Below, in pieces: positions 43,383 through 55,200 of a stretch of 64,000 nucleotides of DNA; position 1 is the stretch's first letter, and the number at the start of each line of letters is the position of its first letter. The position numbers and the translations under genes are program-made. The stretch is from an uncultured Planctomycetota bacterium (GTDB lineage Bacteria > Planctomycetota > Planctomycetia > Isosphaerales > Isosphaeraceae), in NCBI GenBank assembly GCA_963737655.1, contig CAVTTN010000002.1, positions 1,760,001-1,824,000 on the forward strand, written 5' to 3'. The notes below the pieces were generated by a model, which saw nothing but the letters and a program-made list of their open reading frames with translations, was not told the origin of the DNA and did not search any database.

Positions 43383-45077
43383 ATGATCATGAGGTCCCGC
43401 CTGAATACGGCCCTTGTTCTCGCCCTCGGGGGCCTTTCGGGATGGCTGGTGGGTTCGGCCCGGATGAGCGTCCCCGTGAAGGCCGCGGACGGTCCTCCGC
43501 CGGCATCGCTCGCTTCTGCGCCCCTGCCGCCCCGCTCGACGGGGACGGCTCAGGGCGCCAGGAAGCCGCACATCGTCATTATCTGGGGCGATGACATCGG
43601 CCAGTCCAATATCAGTGCTTATACGCACGGACTGATGGGCTACAAGACGCCGAACATCGACCGGGTGGCCCGCGAAGGGATGATGTTCACGGACTACTAT
43701 GCGGAGCAGAGCTGCACGGCGGGCCGGGCGTCGTTCATCACCGGCCAGCACGGACTCCGCACCGGGCTGACGAAGGTTGGCATGCCGGGTTCGCCGCTCG
43801 GCCTGAGGAAGGAAGACCCGACGATTGCCGAACTGCTGAAGCCCCTGGGCTACGCGACGGCCCAGTTCGGCAAGAACCACCTGGGCGACCGCAACGAATT
43901 CCTGCCCACCGTCCACGGCTTCGATGAGTTCTACGGGAACCTCTACCACCTCAACGCCGAGGCAGAACCCGAGAACCCGGACTATCCCAAGGACCCGGCG
44001 TTCCGCGCCCGCTACGGCCCTCGGGGAGTGCTCGACTGCAAGGCCAGCGACCGCGACGACCCGACCGTCGATCCCCGGTTCGGCCGTGTTGGCAAGCAAG
44101 TCATCAAGGACACGGGCCCGTTGACCCGCAAGAGGATGGAGACGATCGACGACGACGTCGCCGAACGCTCGGCCCAGTACATCAAGAGTCAAGCGAAGGG
44201 GGACAGGCCGATGTTCGTGTGGGTGAATTTCACCCACATGCATTTCCGAACCCACGTCAAGCCCGAGAGCAAGGGTCAGTCCGGCCGCTGGATGAGCGAA
44301 TATTCCGACGCGATGATCGACCACGACAAGAACGTCGGCACCGTCCTGAAAGCGATCGAGGACGCGGGGATCGCCGACAATACGTTCGTCATGTACAGCA
44401 CCGACAACGGCCCGCACATGAACACCTGGCCCGACGGCGCGATGACCCCGTTCCGCAACGAGAAGAACTCGAACTGGGAGGGGGCCTATCGCGTCCCGTG
44501 CATGGTCCGCTGGCCCGGCAAGATCAAGCCGGGGACCATCTCGAACGAGATCGTCGGCCACCACGACTGGCTGCCGACCCTCCTGGCCCTGGCTGGCGAA
44601 GACCAGGTCGCCGAGAAGCTCCTGAAGGGAGACAAGGTCGGCGAGATGACCTACAAGGTCCACCTCGACGGATTCAACCTCGTCCCGTACCTGACGGGCC
44701 AGGCCGAGAAGTCCCCCCGCGAGTCGTTCATCTACTGCAACGACGACCAGCAGGTGACCGGCCTCCGCTACGACAACTGGAAGCTCGTGTTCCTGGAACA
44801 GAGGGCGCCGGGGACGTTGCGGGTCTGGGCCGAGCCATTCACGACGCTCCGGGTCCCGAAGCTCTTCAACCTGCGGCTGGACCCCTACGAGCGGGCGGAC
44901 GTCACGTCGAACACCTACTATGACTGGTTCCTCGATCACGCCTTCCTGTGTTTGCCGGCCCAGGACTACATGGGCAGGTTCCTGATGACGTTCAAGGAGT
45001 ATCCCCAGCGCCAGAAGGCCGCGAGCTTCAACCTGGACGAGGTCATGGAGAAGCTGAAGGCAGCTCCGACGAAGTGA
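43383..45077 (+). CDS. Arylsulfatase (formylglycine-dependent)
   Basis: WGDDIG, SCTAGRASFITG, GKNHLGD, STDNG, EGAYRVP. Confidence 0.93.
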   Translation: MIMRSRLNTALVLALGGLSGWLVGSARMSVPVKAADGPPPASLASAPLPPRSTGTAQGARKPHIVIIWGDDIGQSNISAYTHGLMGYKTPNIDRVAREGMMFTDYYAEQSCTAGRASFITGQHGLRTGLTKVGMPGSPLGLRKEDPTIAELLKPLGYATAQFGKNHLGDRNEFLPTVHGFDEFYGNLYHLNAEAEPENPDYPKDPAFRARYGPRGVLDCKASDRDDPTVDPRFGRVGKQVIKDTGPLTRKRMETIDDDVAERSAQYIKSQAKGDRPMFVWVNFTHMHFRTHVKPESKGQSGRWMSEYSDAMIDHDKNVGTVLKAIEDAGIADNTFVMYSTDNGPHMNTWPDGAMTPFRNEKNSNWEGAYRVPCMVRWPGKIKPGTISNEIVGHHDWLPTLLALAGEDQVAEKLLKGDKVGEMTYKVHLDGFNLVPYLTGQAEKSPRESFIYCNDDQQVTGLRYDNWKLVFLEQRAPGTLRVWAEPFTTLRVPKLFNLRLDPYERADVTSNTYYDWFLDHAFLCLPAQDYMGRFLMTFKEYPQRQKAASFNLDEVMEKLKAAPTK

Positions 45078-45148
45078 TCGCGGGAGCCGTTCGACCGGCC
45101 CGCGACGTCGCGGGCCGGCGCTCATGACGTCGAACCGGAGATGCCGCC

Positions 45149-45805
45149 ATGATCCGCCCGAGATGGTCGCTCGCCGTCGCGGCCCTGCTCATCCTGAACG
45201 CGGTCGCCGCAGCCGCCGACCGGCCGAACATCGTGATCCTCCTCGCCGACGACCTCGGCAACGCCGACCTCGGCCATCGCGGCAGCGACATCAAGACCCC
45301 GAACATCGACGCGTTGGCCAGGGGGGGCGTGAGGCTGGAATCGTACTACGGCCTGCCGGTCTGCACGCCCGCCCGAGCGGCCCTCCTGACCGGCCGCTAC
45401 CCGATGAGGCAGGGCCTCCAGACCCTCGTGATCTTCCCCAGCCACAAGTACGGCCTGCCGACCGACGAGAAGACGCTCCCCCAGGCCCTGAAGGTCGAAG
45501 TCTTCCGGGGCGCGATCCGCAAGGGGAACTGGAAGCTGGTCAAGACCGCCACCCTACCCGGCAAGACCGAGCTCTTCGACCTCTCCAGCGATCCCGGCGA
45601 GACGCAGGACGTTTCGGCCAAGCATGCCGAGGTCGTCGCGGACCTGGAAGCCCGGCTGATGGCCTACGCCCGCGAGCAGAAGCCGAGCTTATGGATGAAG
45701 TCGCAGGTGGACTACCTCGGCTTCCAGGGGGCGACCGTGCTCGACCCCGATTACAACATCGACGGCGGCCTGCCCACCGAGAAACCGGCCCTTCCGAAGC
45801 CGTAG
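45149..45805 (+). pseudogene. Sulfatase with a large in-frame internal deletion
   Basis: Signal peptide, DDLG, CTPARAALLTGRY, then directly AIRKGNWKLV/ELFDL..DPGE; only 218 aa. Confidence 0.75.
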
Positions 45806-45837
45806 GACGACTCCCCGACCCCGTCGGAGGAGAACGC

Positions 45838-46461
45838 TCAGCGACGGGCCGAAGTCTCCGAGGTCCGGGCCGCCCGGCGGGGCAGGACGCGCTCCTCGTA
45901 GAAGCGCTTCATGTGACGATAGTCCGGGCCCTTGTCCACGGCGACCAGGCCGAAGGTCTTCGAGACCTCCTCGGTCGCCTGCTCGAGGGTCCATCCGCAG
46001 TACATGGTCCGATAGGCGATCTGGACCATCGAGGCGCGGTTGATCCCGTGATGGCAGTGGAAATAGACGGGCTGATTCGCCGGGTCGGCCAGGGTGGTGG
46101 CGGCCCGTTCGAGCTGGTCGGAGACGGTATCGATCCGGTCCCCGGTCCGTTGCTCTTGCTCGACGATCGGGATGTGCACCCAGCGGACCCCCATCTCGTC
46201 GGCCAGGGCCTTCTCACGGACGGCCAGAGGGTGCGAGGGCGGGTGGGCCAGCGCCACGATCGTCTTGAAGTGGTAGTCGCGGATCAGTCGTTTCATCGGC
46301 CAAGGCTGCTGCCAGGCGCCCCGGTAGACCTTCCCGGGATCGACGGCGGCGAACTTGTCGGCGAAGACGTAATCCTGCCCATGCCGCCAGAGTTGCTGGA
46401 GGGCCAGGCTCAGGAAGCCCAGGAGGGCAACGCGGCGGAGCCACACGCGACGACGGCTCAT
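45838..46461 (-). CDS. Protein tyrosine / dual-specificity phosphatase family protein
   Basis: CX5R motif HCHHGINRA; N-terminal hydrophobic anchor. Confidence 0.85.
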   Translation of the reverse strand: MSRRRVWLRRVALLGFLSLALQQLWRHGQDYVFADKFAAVDPGKVYRGAWQQPWPMKRLIRDYHFKTIVALAHPPSHPLAVREKALADEMGVRWVHIPIVEQEQRTGDRIDTVSDQLERAATTLADPANQPVYFHCHHGINRASMVQIAYRTMYCGWTLEQATEEVSKTFGLVAVDKGPDYRHMKRFYEERVLPRRAARTSETSARR

Positions 46462-46708
46462 GGCGGGACGGACTCCGGGACAGGGGACGGACCGTCGGGG
46501 GCCGGGACTTTAGCAGCGGACCCCCGAATCGGCAAGGTCGGTCGATGCTGGAGCGGGTTACCCTCGACATTCTTCGTCCGGCCGGGGCGGCCCGGTCCGA
46601 GGAAAAACGGGCGAGGCTCCCGATTTGGAGTCGCCACGATCGGCAGAATCCGTATGATCTCTCGCCGCCCCCCCACCCCGCCCAGATGAACGGAAATCGG
46701 GTCGAATC

Positions 46709-48276
46709 ATGGATGATCGTCGGGCCTTGTGGGGCGTCGTCGCGGTGGCGGCGGCGCTGAGGTTAGGCTTTGCCGCGACGGTGGGCGTCGGCAACGACGA
46801 GGCCTATCATGCCCTGCTCGCGATCCACCCGGATTGGAGCTATTATGACCATCCGCCGATGCTGGCGATGGTCGGTCGGTTGGGGCTGTGGTTGGGGGGA
46901 GGGGCACTGTCGCCGCTGACGCTGCGGCTGGGGTTCGTGGCCCTCTTCGCAGGCTCCACCTTGCTGATGGGCCGCCTGACCAGTCGGTTCTACGGTCCAC
47001 GGGCCGGATTTGCGGCGGCGCTCTCGCTGAACGCCACGGCCTATTTCGGGGTGGCGGCCGGGACGTTCGCCCTGCCCGACGGTCCCTTGCTCTTCTTCTG
47101 GCTCCTGACTCTCGACCGCCTGGCCGCCGCTCTGTCGGAGCCGGGACGCCTGGGGCCGTGGATCGTCGCCGGGCTGGCATGGGGGGCGCGTTACTCAGCA
47201 AGTACCATGCGGTCTTCCTGCCGGTCGGGACGCTGGCGTTCCTTCTGGCCACCCCGGGGGGCCGGCGGATCCTCCTGAGGCCGGGGCCTTATCTCTCGGC
47301 GGCGATCGGGATGGCGATCTTCTCGCCCGTGATCCTTTGGAACGCGGCGAGAGGCTGGGAATCGTTCGCGTTCCAGGCGGGTCGAGCGGCGGGGGGAGGA
47401 GCGTTCCGCCCGTGGCTCCTCCTCGGCGCGATCGGGGCCCAGGCCCTGTACATCCTGCCCTGGCTCTGGCCTTTCGTGGTGTCGGCGCTTGGGCGGGCGG
47501 CATTCCGGTCGTGGAGGCGTTCTGAGCCGGGTCCGGCGTTCGACGCCGATCGGTTCCTCGTGATGCAGGCCCTCCCGCCCCTCCTCGCGTTCTTCCTCGT
47601 CGCGTGCCGACGGCCGGTGTTTCCTCACTGGGCGTTGATCGGGCTGGTCCCGGCCTTTCCCTTGTTAGGCAGGGACTGGGCCTCGCGATGGCCTGAGGGC
47701 TCGAATCGCCTCGGCCGACGGTTGTTCGGCGTCTCGGCGGCGACGCTCGCCGGGGTGGCGGTCTTTCTGGTCCAGGCGAAGACCGGGTTCCTCCAGCCTG
47801 GCCGGCTCGGGCTGCTGCCGCCCCGGAATGACCCGACGGTCGAGATGTTCGGCTGGGACCAGGTCGTCGGAGAGATCCGCCGCCGGGGACTCCTGGAACG
47901 CCCTGGACAGTTTGTGTTCACGAGCAAGTGGTATTACAGCGGGCATCTAGCCTTCGAGACAGGCAATCGCGTGCCTGTCCTCTGCTACGACCCCCGGGGC
48001 GGTCACGCCTTCGCCGAGTGGGAGGACTCGGCCGACTGGGTCGGCCACGACGGGCTCCTCGTGACTATGGATCGTTCCGGGATCGAACCCGCGATGTTCG
48101 GCCGGTGGTTCGCCTGGATCGAGCCGGTCGGCGAATTCGACGTCATCAGGGCCGGCGAGCCGGTTCGGAAAGTCCGCCTGTATCGGTGCTTGAAGCAGAT
48201 GAAGCCGTTCCCGGCGAAGGACGTAAGGACCCGGATGGCCCGCTCCGACTCGGCGGGGGATGGCCGCCTCCGGTAG
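46709..48276 (+). CDS. ArnT/PMT-like glycosyltransferase family 39, frameshift in a G run near 47185
   Basis: DEAYH...SYYDHPPM, LPDGPL, then LLSKYHAV, PVILWNA..GWESFAFQ. Confidence 0.85.
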
Positions 48277-48295
48277 AATGGGCCGAGGAGGGCCG

Positions 48296-49707
48296 ATGCC
48301 GAGACACACGACCGTCGAATTGGGGGCCGATCGAAGCCCGGGGCAGATGTCCAAGGTCGTCGGCCTCTATCAAATGCTCCTGAGGCGGGCCCTGGAGCAT
48401 TTTTTCCCGGACGCGAGGCTGGAAACCCTTGGCGATCGGAGCTTCATCGCCCTGGAACCGACTCCGGGCCGGCCGGAATTCTGCCTGACCGATGATCCTG
48501 ATGGTCCGGGGCTGGAGTTGGAGTGGTTCCGGACCCTCTATCGCTTCACCCCCGGGAGCCCCCGGCCGTTTCAGGAGGCCGAGAGGCGGCTGATCGAGTC
48601 GGCCGTGAGGGTCCTCGACCGCCGGTTCCGCGCCCTGTTTGATCCCGAGGCGGCCCATCGGGAGGAGATGTTCCATTACGCCGTTGAGGATTTCATCGTC
48701 GCCGACGACCTGGACTCCCCCGACGCCGTCCGGGTGCCGGCGGCCCTGGAGGCGCTGAGGGTCGCGGCCCTCTCGACCTATGAGAACCGGAGGGTTTCCA
48801 CGGGTGTCCTCCTCCTGGGGACGGAGCATGACCCGGCCGACCCCGAACGAGTCAATCCCCCGGGGCCCCCCGTTACAACGTCCGATTGGCGGCGATCAAG
48901 ACCCTCCACCGGATGTGCGATGGTTTGAAGACGCTGTTCGTCGTCGATCGCTCGGGCGACCTGGCCTGGGCCGTGGATGTGGAGCGGTGGGCCGACCGGG
49001 CCCAGGGAGATCTGCCGCTTCCGGCACCTTGCCCCAGACCGTACATCCACCATGCTCGGGCCACCCTCACCGGAGGCCACGTGGTCCTGGTGCTCTCGCC
49101 GTCTCAGGAGATCCGCGTGTTTGCCGGAGGGGCCCCGGTCTTTGCCTTCAGCGACGCCCGGTGGCGCCTCCTGGACGTCTCGACCAAATTCGCGGCGTGG
49201 TGTCGAGGGGTCGGCGACTCGTGCCCGTCGGACCTGGCGACCAAGATATTTCAGGCGGCGTTGAACCTCGGCGAGGAGAGGCGAGGGGCCCTGTTCGTGG
49301 TCCTGAGGGACCCCCGTCACTCGCTCCCTCTGCTCGTGGCCCCGGGCGACCGGATCTCGGACGACGCCGCGGGAGACACCCCGGACCCCGACGGCCTGTC
49401 TCCCCGGCTGGCCAAGAAGGCACTTCACCACCTGACCCGGGGCCAGACGCTCCATTCGATGGACCCCTCGATCCTCGAATCGCTCGCCGGGATCGACGGG
49501 GCGGTCGTGACCGACCCGTCGGGCCGCTTGCTGACCTTCGGCGCGATCCTCCGGGTGGCACCCGAGGTCGTCCTCTCGCCCAGGGCCGTCGAGGGGGCGA
49601 GGACCACCGCGGCGCTCGCCGCCTCGCTCCACGGGCCGGTGCTGAAGGTCAGCGAGGACGGCTTCCTGACGATGTTCCTCGGCGGCCAGAGGGTCTGGGA
49701 ACTTTGA
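48296..49707 (+). CDS. DisA_N / diadenylate cyclase-like domain protein, frameshift near 48865
   Basis: LSTYENR, RRGALFVV, LAGIDGAVV, FGAIL, GARTTAA, LKVSEDG. Confidence 0.75.
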
Positions 49708-49837
49708 CGACCGATCCCAAGGCCATCTCGGAAGCCGTTCGCCGAGGATTCCTCCTCTTGTAACCGTGGAGCGAACCCCATCTGGCGGGGCCTGGTCGCA
49801 TTTCCCGAAGGCAGAGTCTGACTTCCGGGAGATGCCC

Positions 49838-50227
49838 ATGAAGACGCGCAGCGGGAAACGAAGAGGTCCCGTCAAGGAGTAGTCCTGGCGGCGCACGATC
49901 GACGACCAGGCTCGATCGGGATTATCCGTCCGCGCTCTCAGCGAACGGAAAGGCTTGGAGGCCTGGAACTCCCATCGGTGGCGCAGAGCGCTGGCCCGTC
50001 GCGAGGGTGAGATCCCACCGTCCCGGGCAGTCAGACGCCCGAACTCGATGGCCGTAGTGCCCATTCCCTCGGCGTTCTTGCCGGTTCGTGTCGTCCAGGA
50101 TGCCACCAAGCCGATGGCAACAACGACGCCGATCGAGATCCTGCTGCCCGCCGGGCCGACGGTCCGGGTCACGAAAGGCTTCGTCGCCGTCGCCCTCGCC
50201 GCGGTGCTGGAGGCCCGAAGATGCTGA
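49838..50227 (+). pseudogene. tnpA: IS66 TnpA remnant
   Basis: KE*SWRRTIDDQARSGLSVRA, WRRAL, FLPVRVV, IEILLPAG.TVRV. Confidence 0.7.
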
Positions 50228-50590
50228 GCTTGCCTCCCTCCGTTCGCATCCTTTTGGCACGCCAACCGGCGGACATGTGCAAGGGATTCGACGGCCTCTC
50301 ACACCTCGTCCGGAGCGTGCTCCGAGAGGATCGCCCGAGCGGGCCTCTCTTCGCCTTTCGGAATCCTCGCGGCGATCGCGTCAAGCGTCTGTGATGGGCC
50401 TCCGACGGATTTCTCATCGCCTCCAAGCGTTCGGGAAAAGGCACCTTCCGTCTTCCGGCTCCCGGCGACGCCGACGCGACGAGCGTGGCGGTCAACGCGA
50501 CCGACCTGATCATGCCGCTCGATGGCGTCGATCTCCGGAGCCTCAAGCGACGTCCGCGACCCCGAATCGCGTGCGGACTTTTCGGGGTTA
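50221..50590 (+). pseudogene. tnpB: IS66 accessory TnpB remnant (not the Cas12-related TnpB)
   Basis: MLSLPPSVRILLARQPADMCKGFDGL...LFAFRNPRGDRVKRL* then KRSGKGTF. Confidence 0.8.
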
Positions 50591-50630
50591 GCCCCCTAGT
50601 CGGACACGTGCTTGCGCCTGCCATGTCGCC

Positions 50631-51503
50631 ATGAAGGACGTCGAAGTCGGCCTCCCCGACGACGTGGCCCGCTGCCATGAGCGGATCCGCCGGCCGGCGG
50701 ACTCCCTCGACGAGGCTCGGCGGCGGATCGAGCGACGCGGATCATCTGGACCGATGCCACCACGGTTCCGATCCGGGCCGCGACGCTCCCGAGGACGCGA
50801 AGTGTACGACTTCACGCCGCGTCACAGCGCGACGGGCCCGAGCGGTTCCTCGAAGCCTTCTCGGGTTATCTCCGGGCCGATGCCTTCGCCGGGTACGATC
50901 AGCACTGCACCGGGGCGGACCTGATTCGCGTGGCTTGCCGGGCTCACGTCCGTCGCAAGTTCTACGACGCCCGGCACACGCCCCCGTTGACGGCCCACGA
51001 GGCAATGGCTCGATCCGGGCAACTCTTCGAGATCGAGAGGGCGTGCAGCGCTCTCCCGGCCGAGGATCGTTGCATGATCCGACAACGGGATGCGATCCCG
51101 CTCTTGAAAGCATTCGGCGAGTGGTTGGACGAGCCAAGTCGAAACGTTTCCCCCAAGAGCCCTGTCGGTCAGGCGATTTGGTATGCACGAAATCAGTCGG
51201 AATATCTTCAAACCTACACCCGAGATGGCGAGTTGAGCATCGACAACAACGTCTCGGAGCGTGCGGGCCCAGGCCATTGGACGTAGGAATTCCTTGTTCG
51301 TCGAGAGTGATCGCGGCGGCCTGGCTGCGGCGACCTTGTACTGCGTTGTGGGAAGCTGCAAGCGGCACCAGGCCGATCCGTTCGACTTCTTCAAGGATGT
51401 CCTGGAATGGCTACCGTCCCATCCCCTCAATCGGCTGGGTGAACTCTTGCCCGACGCCTGGGTTGCGGCCCATCCCCAGGCCAGGCACAAGGTCGCGTCG
51501 TAG
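50631..51503 (+). pseudogene. tnpC: IS66 TnpC transposase remnant, deleted and frameshifted
   Basis: ACRAHVRRKFYDA, PKSPVGQAIWY, IDNNVSER, AIGRRN, ELLPDAW. Confidence 0.85.
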
Positions 51504-51648
51504 CTCGGCGCTGCTGGAGAACCGCGGGGATGTTCGAGCACGGACGCACGGAGCGACTCGGCCGATGTAATGCCTCGTCGAGTTCCCGGGCTGTCATCAT
51601 CCGCCGGTAGGGCGACTGGGCTCGTCGGGGAGGGTAGATTCGTATCTT

Positions 51649-52194
51649 ATGTCCCAGATCACCCAACTCCTGGATGCTGCCGCGACCGGCAACCGCCAAG
51701 CCGCGGCCCAGATCCTGCCGCTCATCTACGACGAGTTGCGGAAGCTCGCCGCCGCGCGCCTGGCGGCGGAGGCCCCGGGCCACACCCTCAACGCCACTGC
51801 GCTCGTTCACGAGGCCTATCTGCGGCTGATCGGCGACCAGCAGTTCGACGGCCGCGGCCACTTCTTCGCGGCCGCGGCCGAAGCCATGCGGCGCATCCTG
51901 GTCGATCACGCCCGCACACGCACGGCCGCCAAGCGCGGGGCCGGACGGCGGGTGACTCTCGATCTGGAGCGCGTCTCCGGTCCCGATCCCGACGCCGATG
52001 TCCTGGCGGTCCACGACGCCCTCGATCGGCTGGCCGCCGTCGACCCGAGGGTGGCCAAGCTCGTGAGCCTGCGATACTTCGGCGGCCGGACCCTCCGCGA
52101 AGCGGCGGAGGACCTGGGCATTGCCCCGCGGACCGCCGACGCCTGGTGGGCCTACGCTCGGGCCTGGCTGGCGGCCGACCTGTCCCGCGGATAA
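51649..52194 (+). CDS. ECF sigma factor (TIGR02999-like)
   Basis: YDELRKLAA, TLNATALVHEAYLRL, AMRRILVDHAR, WAYARAWL. Confidence 0.92.
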   Translation: MSQITQLLDAAATGNRQAAAQILPLIYDELRKLAAARLAAEAPGHTLNATALVHEAYLRLIGDQQFDGRGHFFAAAAEAMRRILVDHARTRTAAKRGAGRRVTLDLERVSGPDPDADVLAVHDALDRLAAVDPRVAKLVSLRYFGGRTLREAAEDLGIAPRTADAWWAYARAWLAADLSRG

Positions 52195-52274
52195 AAGATA
52201 TTTTGAAAACCAATGCGCGTTTCGGCGACAGATTCCGCATTGGGTGGGACGAACCACCACGCAGGAGCGTTTCC

Positions 52275-55200
52275 ATGAGCGAGATCGAACTCTTCACCGA
52301 AGCCCTGAACCGGACCGATCCGGCCGAACGAGCTGCATTTCTCGACCGGGCGTGCGCCGGGGATGCGGAACTGCGGCGACGGATTGATGAGCTGCTGGCC
52401 GGCCACGCCCGGAGCAGCCCCCTCGATCGGCCGCCGCTCTCGCCCGGGGAATCCTCGGAGACCGTGGACCGGGCGACGGCACTCGCGACCGGGGAGCATC
52501 GACCCCACGAGGGGACGGAGACCCTGGCTCACGTCGATCCCAGGGCCACCCCGGACGGGAAATCGGGGGCCTCCGCGCCCTCGACCGACGCGACCGGCGA
52601 GTTCCGACCCGACCGGGCGGCGGCCACGATCGATCACGCCGACTCGGATGCGACAACGGCTACGCCGAAGGCCCCCTCGTCCCACCAGGCCCTGGTCACG
52701 ACGGGCGAAGGGATCGGCACCGTCATCGCCGGACGGTACACGCTGGTCGAGGTCATCGGCGAAGGCGGCATGGGCTCGGTCTACCTGGCAAGTCAGACCG
52801 AGCCGGTGAGGCGGCAGGTGGCGTTGAAGCTGATCAAGACCGGGATGGATTCGCGGGGAGTGCTGGCCCGGTTCGATGCCGAGCGGCAGGCGTTGGCCCT
52901 GATGGATCACCCCAACATCGCCCGGATCTACGACGGCGGCGTCACCCCGGCCGGCCAGCCGTTCTTCGTGATGGAGCTGGTCAAGGGCGTCCCGCTCACC
53001 GACTATTGCGACCGGAAACGGCTGTCGGTCAAGGCCCGGCTGGATCTCTTCGTCTCGGTCTGCCTGGCGGTGCAGCACGCGCATCAGAAGGGGATCATCC
53101 ACCGCGACCTCAAGCCGGGGAACGTGCTGGTCACGGAAGTCGACGGCAAGCCGACGCCGAAGGTGATCGACTTCGGCGTGGCCAAGGCGAAGGAGGTGAA
53201 GCTGACCGACATGAGCTTCTCGGACGTCGGGGCGATCGTCGGCACGCCCACGTACATGAGCCCCGAGCAGGCCGACCCGACCTCGATGGATATCGATACT
53301 CGTACCGACGTGTACGCGCTCGGCGTGATGCTCTACGAGCTGCTGACCGGTTCGCCGCCGATCGACGCCAGGCAGTTCCAGCGGGGGGCCATCCTCGAAA
53401 TGCTGAGGATGGTGCGCGAGGTCGATCCGCCTCGGCCCAGCACCAGGCTGAGCACGGCCGAGGCCCTGCCGAACATCGCCGCGAATCGGAGCATCGAGCC
53501 GGCCCGGCTGTCGAGGCTGCTGCAGGGGGAGCTCGACTGGGTGGTGATGAAGGCGCTGGAGAAGGACCGCAGCCGGCGCTATGACACGGCCAACGGCTTC
53601 GCCCGCGACATCCAGCGTTACCTGGCCGACGAGGTCGTCGAGGCCCGTCCGCCCAGCCGCGGCTACCGACTCAAGAAGTTCGCCAAGCGGAACAAGGGGC
53701 AGGTGGTCGCGGCGAGCCTCGTCCTGATCACGCTCCTGGCCGGGATCGCCGGGACGACCTTCGGGATGATCCGCGCCGAGAAGCGGCGCGAGGAGGCCGA
53801 GCGGAACCTGGCGTTCGCCAGGAAGGGGAATGAGATCCTCAGTTCGGTGTTCACCGGGCTGGACCCGAGACGGACCTACGCCAACCTGAGCGAACTGAAG
53901 GAGGCGCTCGCGGACAACCTCGCGAACGCCGTGAAGGAGCTGGACGGATCGGCGATCGGCGACCCGCGAGAAGTCGCGACGATGCAGCACGAGCTTGGCC
54001 AGTCGCTCGTGGGGCTCGGTCGATTCGATCCCGCGATCGAGGTGCTGAAGAAGTCGTCGGATACGATGGTCGCCTGGCTCGGCCCGGACTACCCGGGCAC
54101 ACTGACCACGCTGAACAGCCTCGCCGTGGCGTACAACAACGTCGGCCGGTCTCCCGAGGCCATCGCCATCCTCGTGCGCGTCCGCGACGCCCAGGAGCGC
54201 ACGCTCGGTCCCGACCATAACGACACGCTGAACACGCTCAACAACCTCGCCGTGGTCTACATGGAGGCCTCGCGACTCCCCGAGGCGATCGCCACGCTCG
54301 AGCGCGCCCGCGACGCCGCGATCGCGAAGCTCGGCCCCAATCACCTCGGGACCCTGACCACGCTTTCCAACCTCGCCCAGGCGTACCAGCTGCTCGGCAG
54401 GACTTCCGAGGCCACCGCGATCCTCGAGCGCGTCCGCGACGCCAAGATCGCCACGCTCGGCCCCGACCATCCCTCGACGCTGAGCACGCTCAACAACCTC
54501 GCCGGAGCGTACTCCGGCGCCGGCAAGCTCCCCGAGGCGATCGCCCTGTACGAGCGCGTCCGCGACGCCCGGGTCGCCACGCTCGGCCCCAATCATCCCT
54601 CCACGCTCCAAACGTTCAACAATCTCGCCGTGGCGTACAAGGCCGCCGGCAGATCCTCCGATGCGGTCGCGGTGTATGAGCGCGTCCGCGACGCCCAGGT
54701 CGCCAAGCTCGGCCCCAACCATCCCGACACGCTGAGCACGCTCAACAACCTCGCCACGTCGTACACGGGCGCCGATCAGCTCCCCAAGGTGATTGCCCTC
54801 TACGAACGCGTCCTCGAAGGTTCGATCGCCACGCTGGGTCCCGACAACCCCAATACCCTGGCGACTCAATCCAACCTCGCCCAGGCGTACGAGGCGGTCG
54901 GCAAGCGCTCCGAGGCCATCGCGATGTTCGAGCGAGTCCGCGACGCCGTGATCGCCAAACTCGGGCCTGATCATCCCTCCACGCTGACCACTCTCAACAA
55001 TCTCGCCTCGGCATACTTGAGCGCCAATCGGCTCACCGAGGCCATCCCCCTGCTCGAACGCATCCGCTCTGCGCGGGCGGCCAAGCTCGGTCCAGACCAC
55101 CCCGACACACTCGTCGCGGAGCACAACCTCGCGGCGGCCTACAAGGCCGCGGGGAAGCTGCCCGAGTCGATCGCCCTGTTCGAGCGCGTTCGCGACCGCC

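Larger units (their letters stand above)
49760..51549 (+). mobile_element. Degenerate IS66-family element
   Basis: tnpA-tnpB-tnpC remnants in order; candidate left end gtaaccgtggagcgaac, partly complementary to gttcgagcacgg at 51532. Confidence 0.8.

Noticed and set aside
50221..50590. tnpB as an RNA-guided nuclease
   Set aside because: This is the unrelated IS66 accessory TnpB, and it is a pseudogene.
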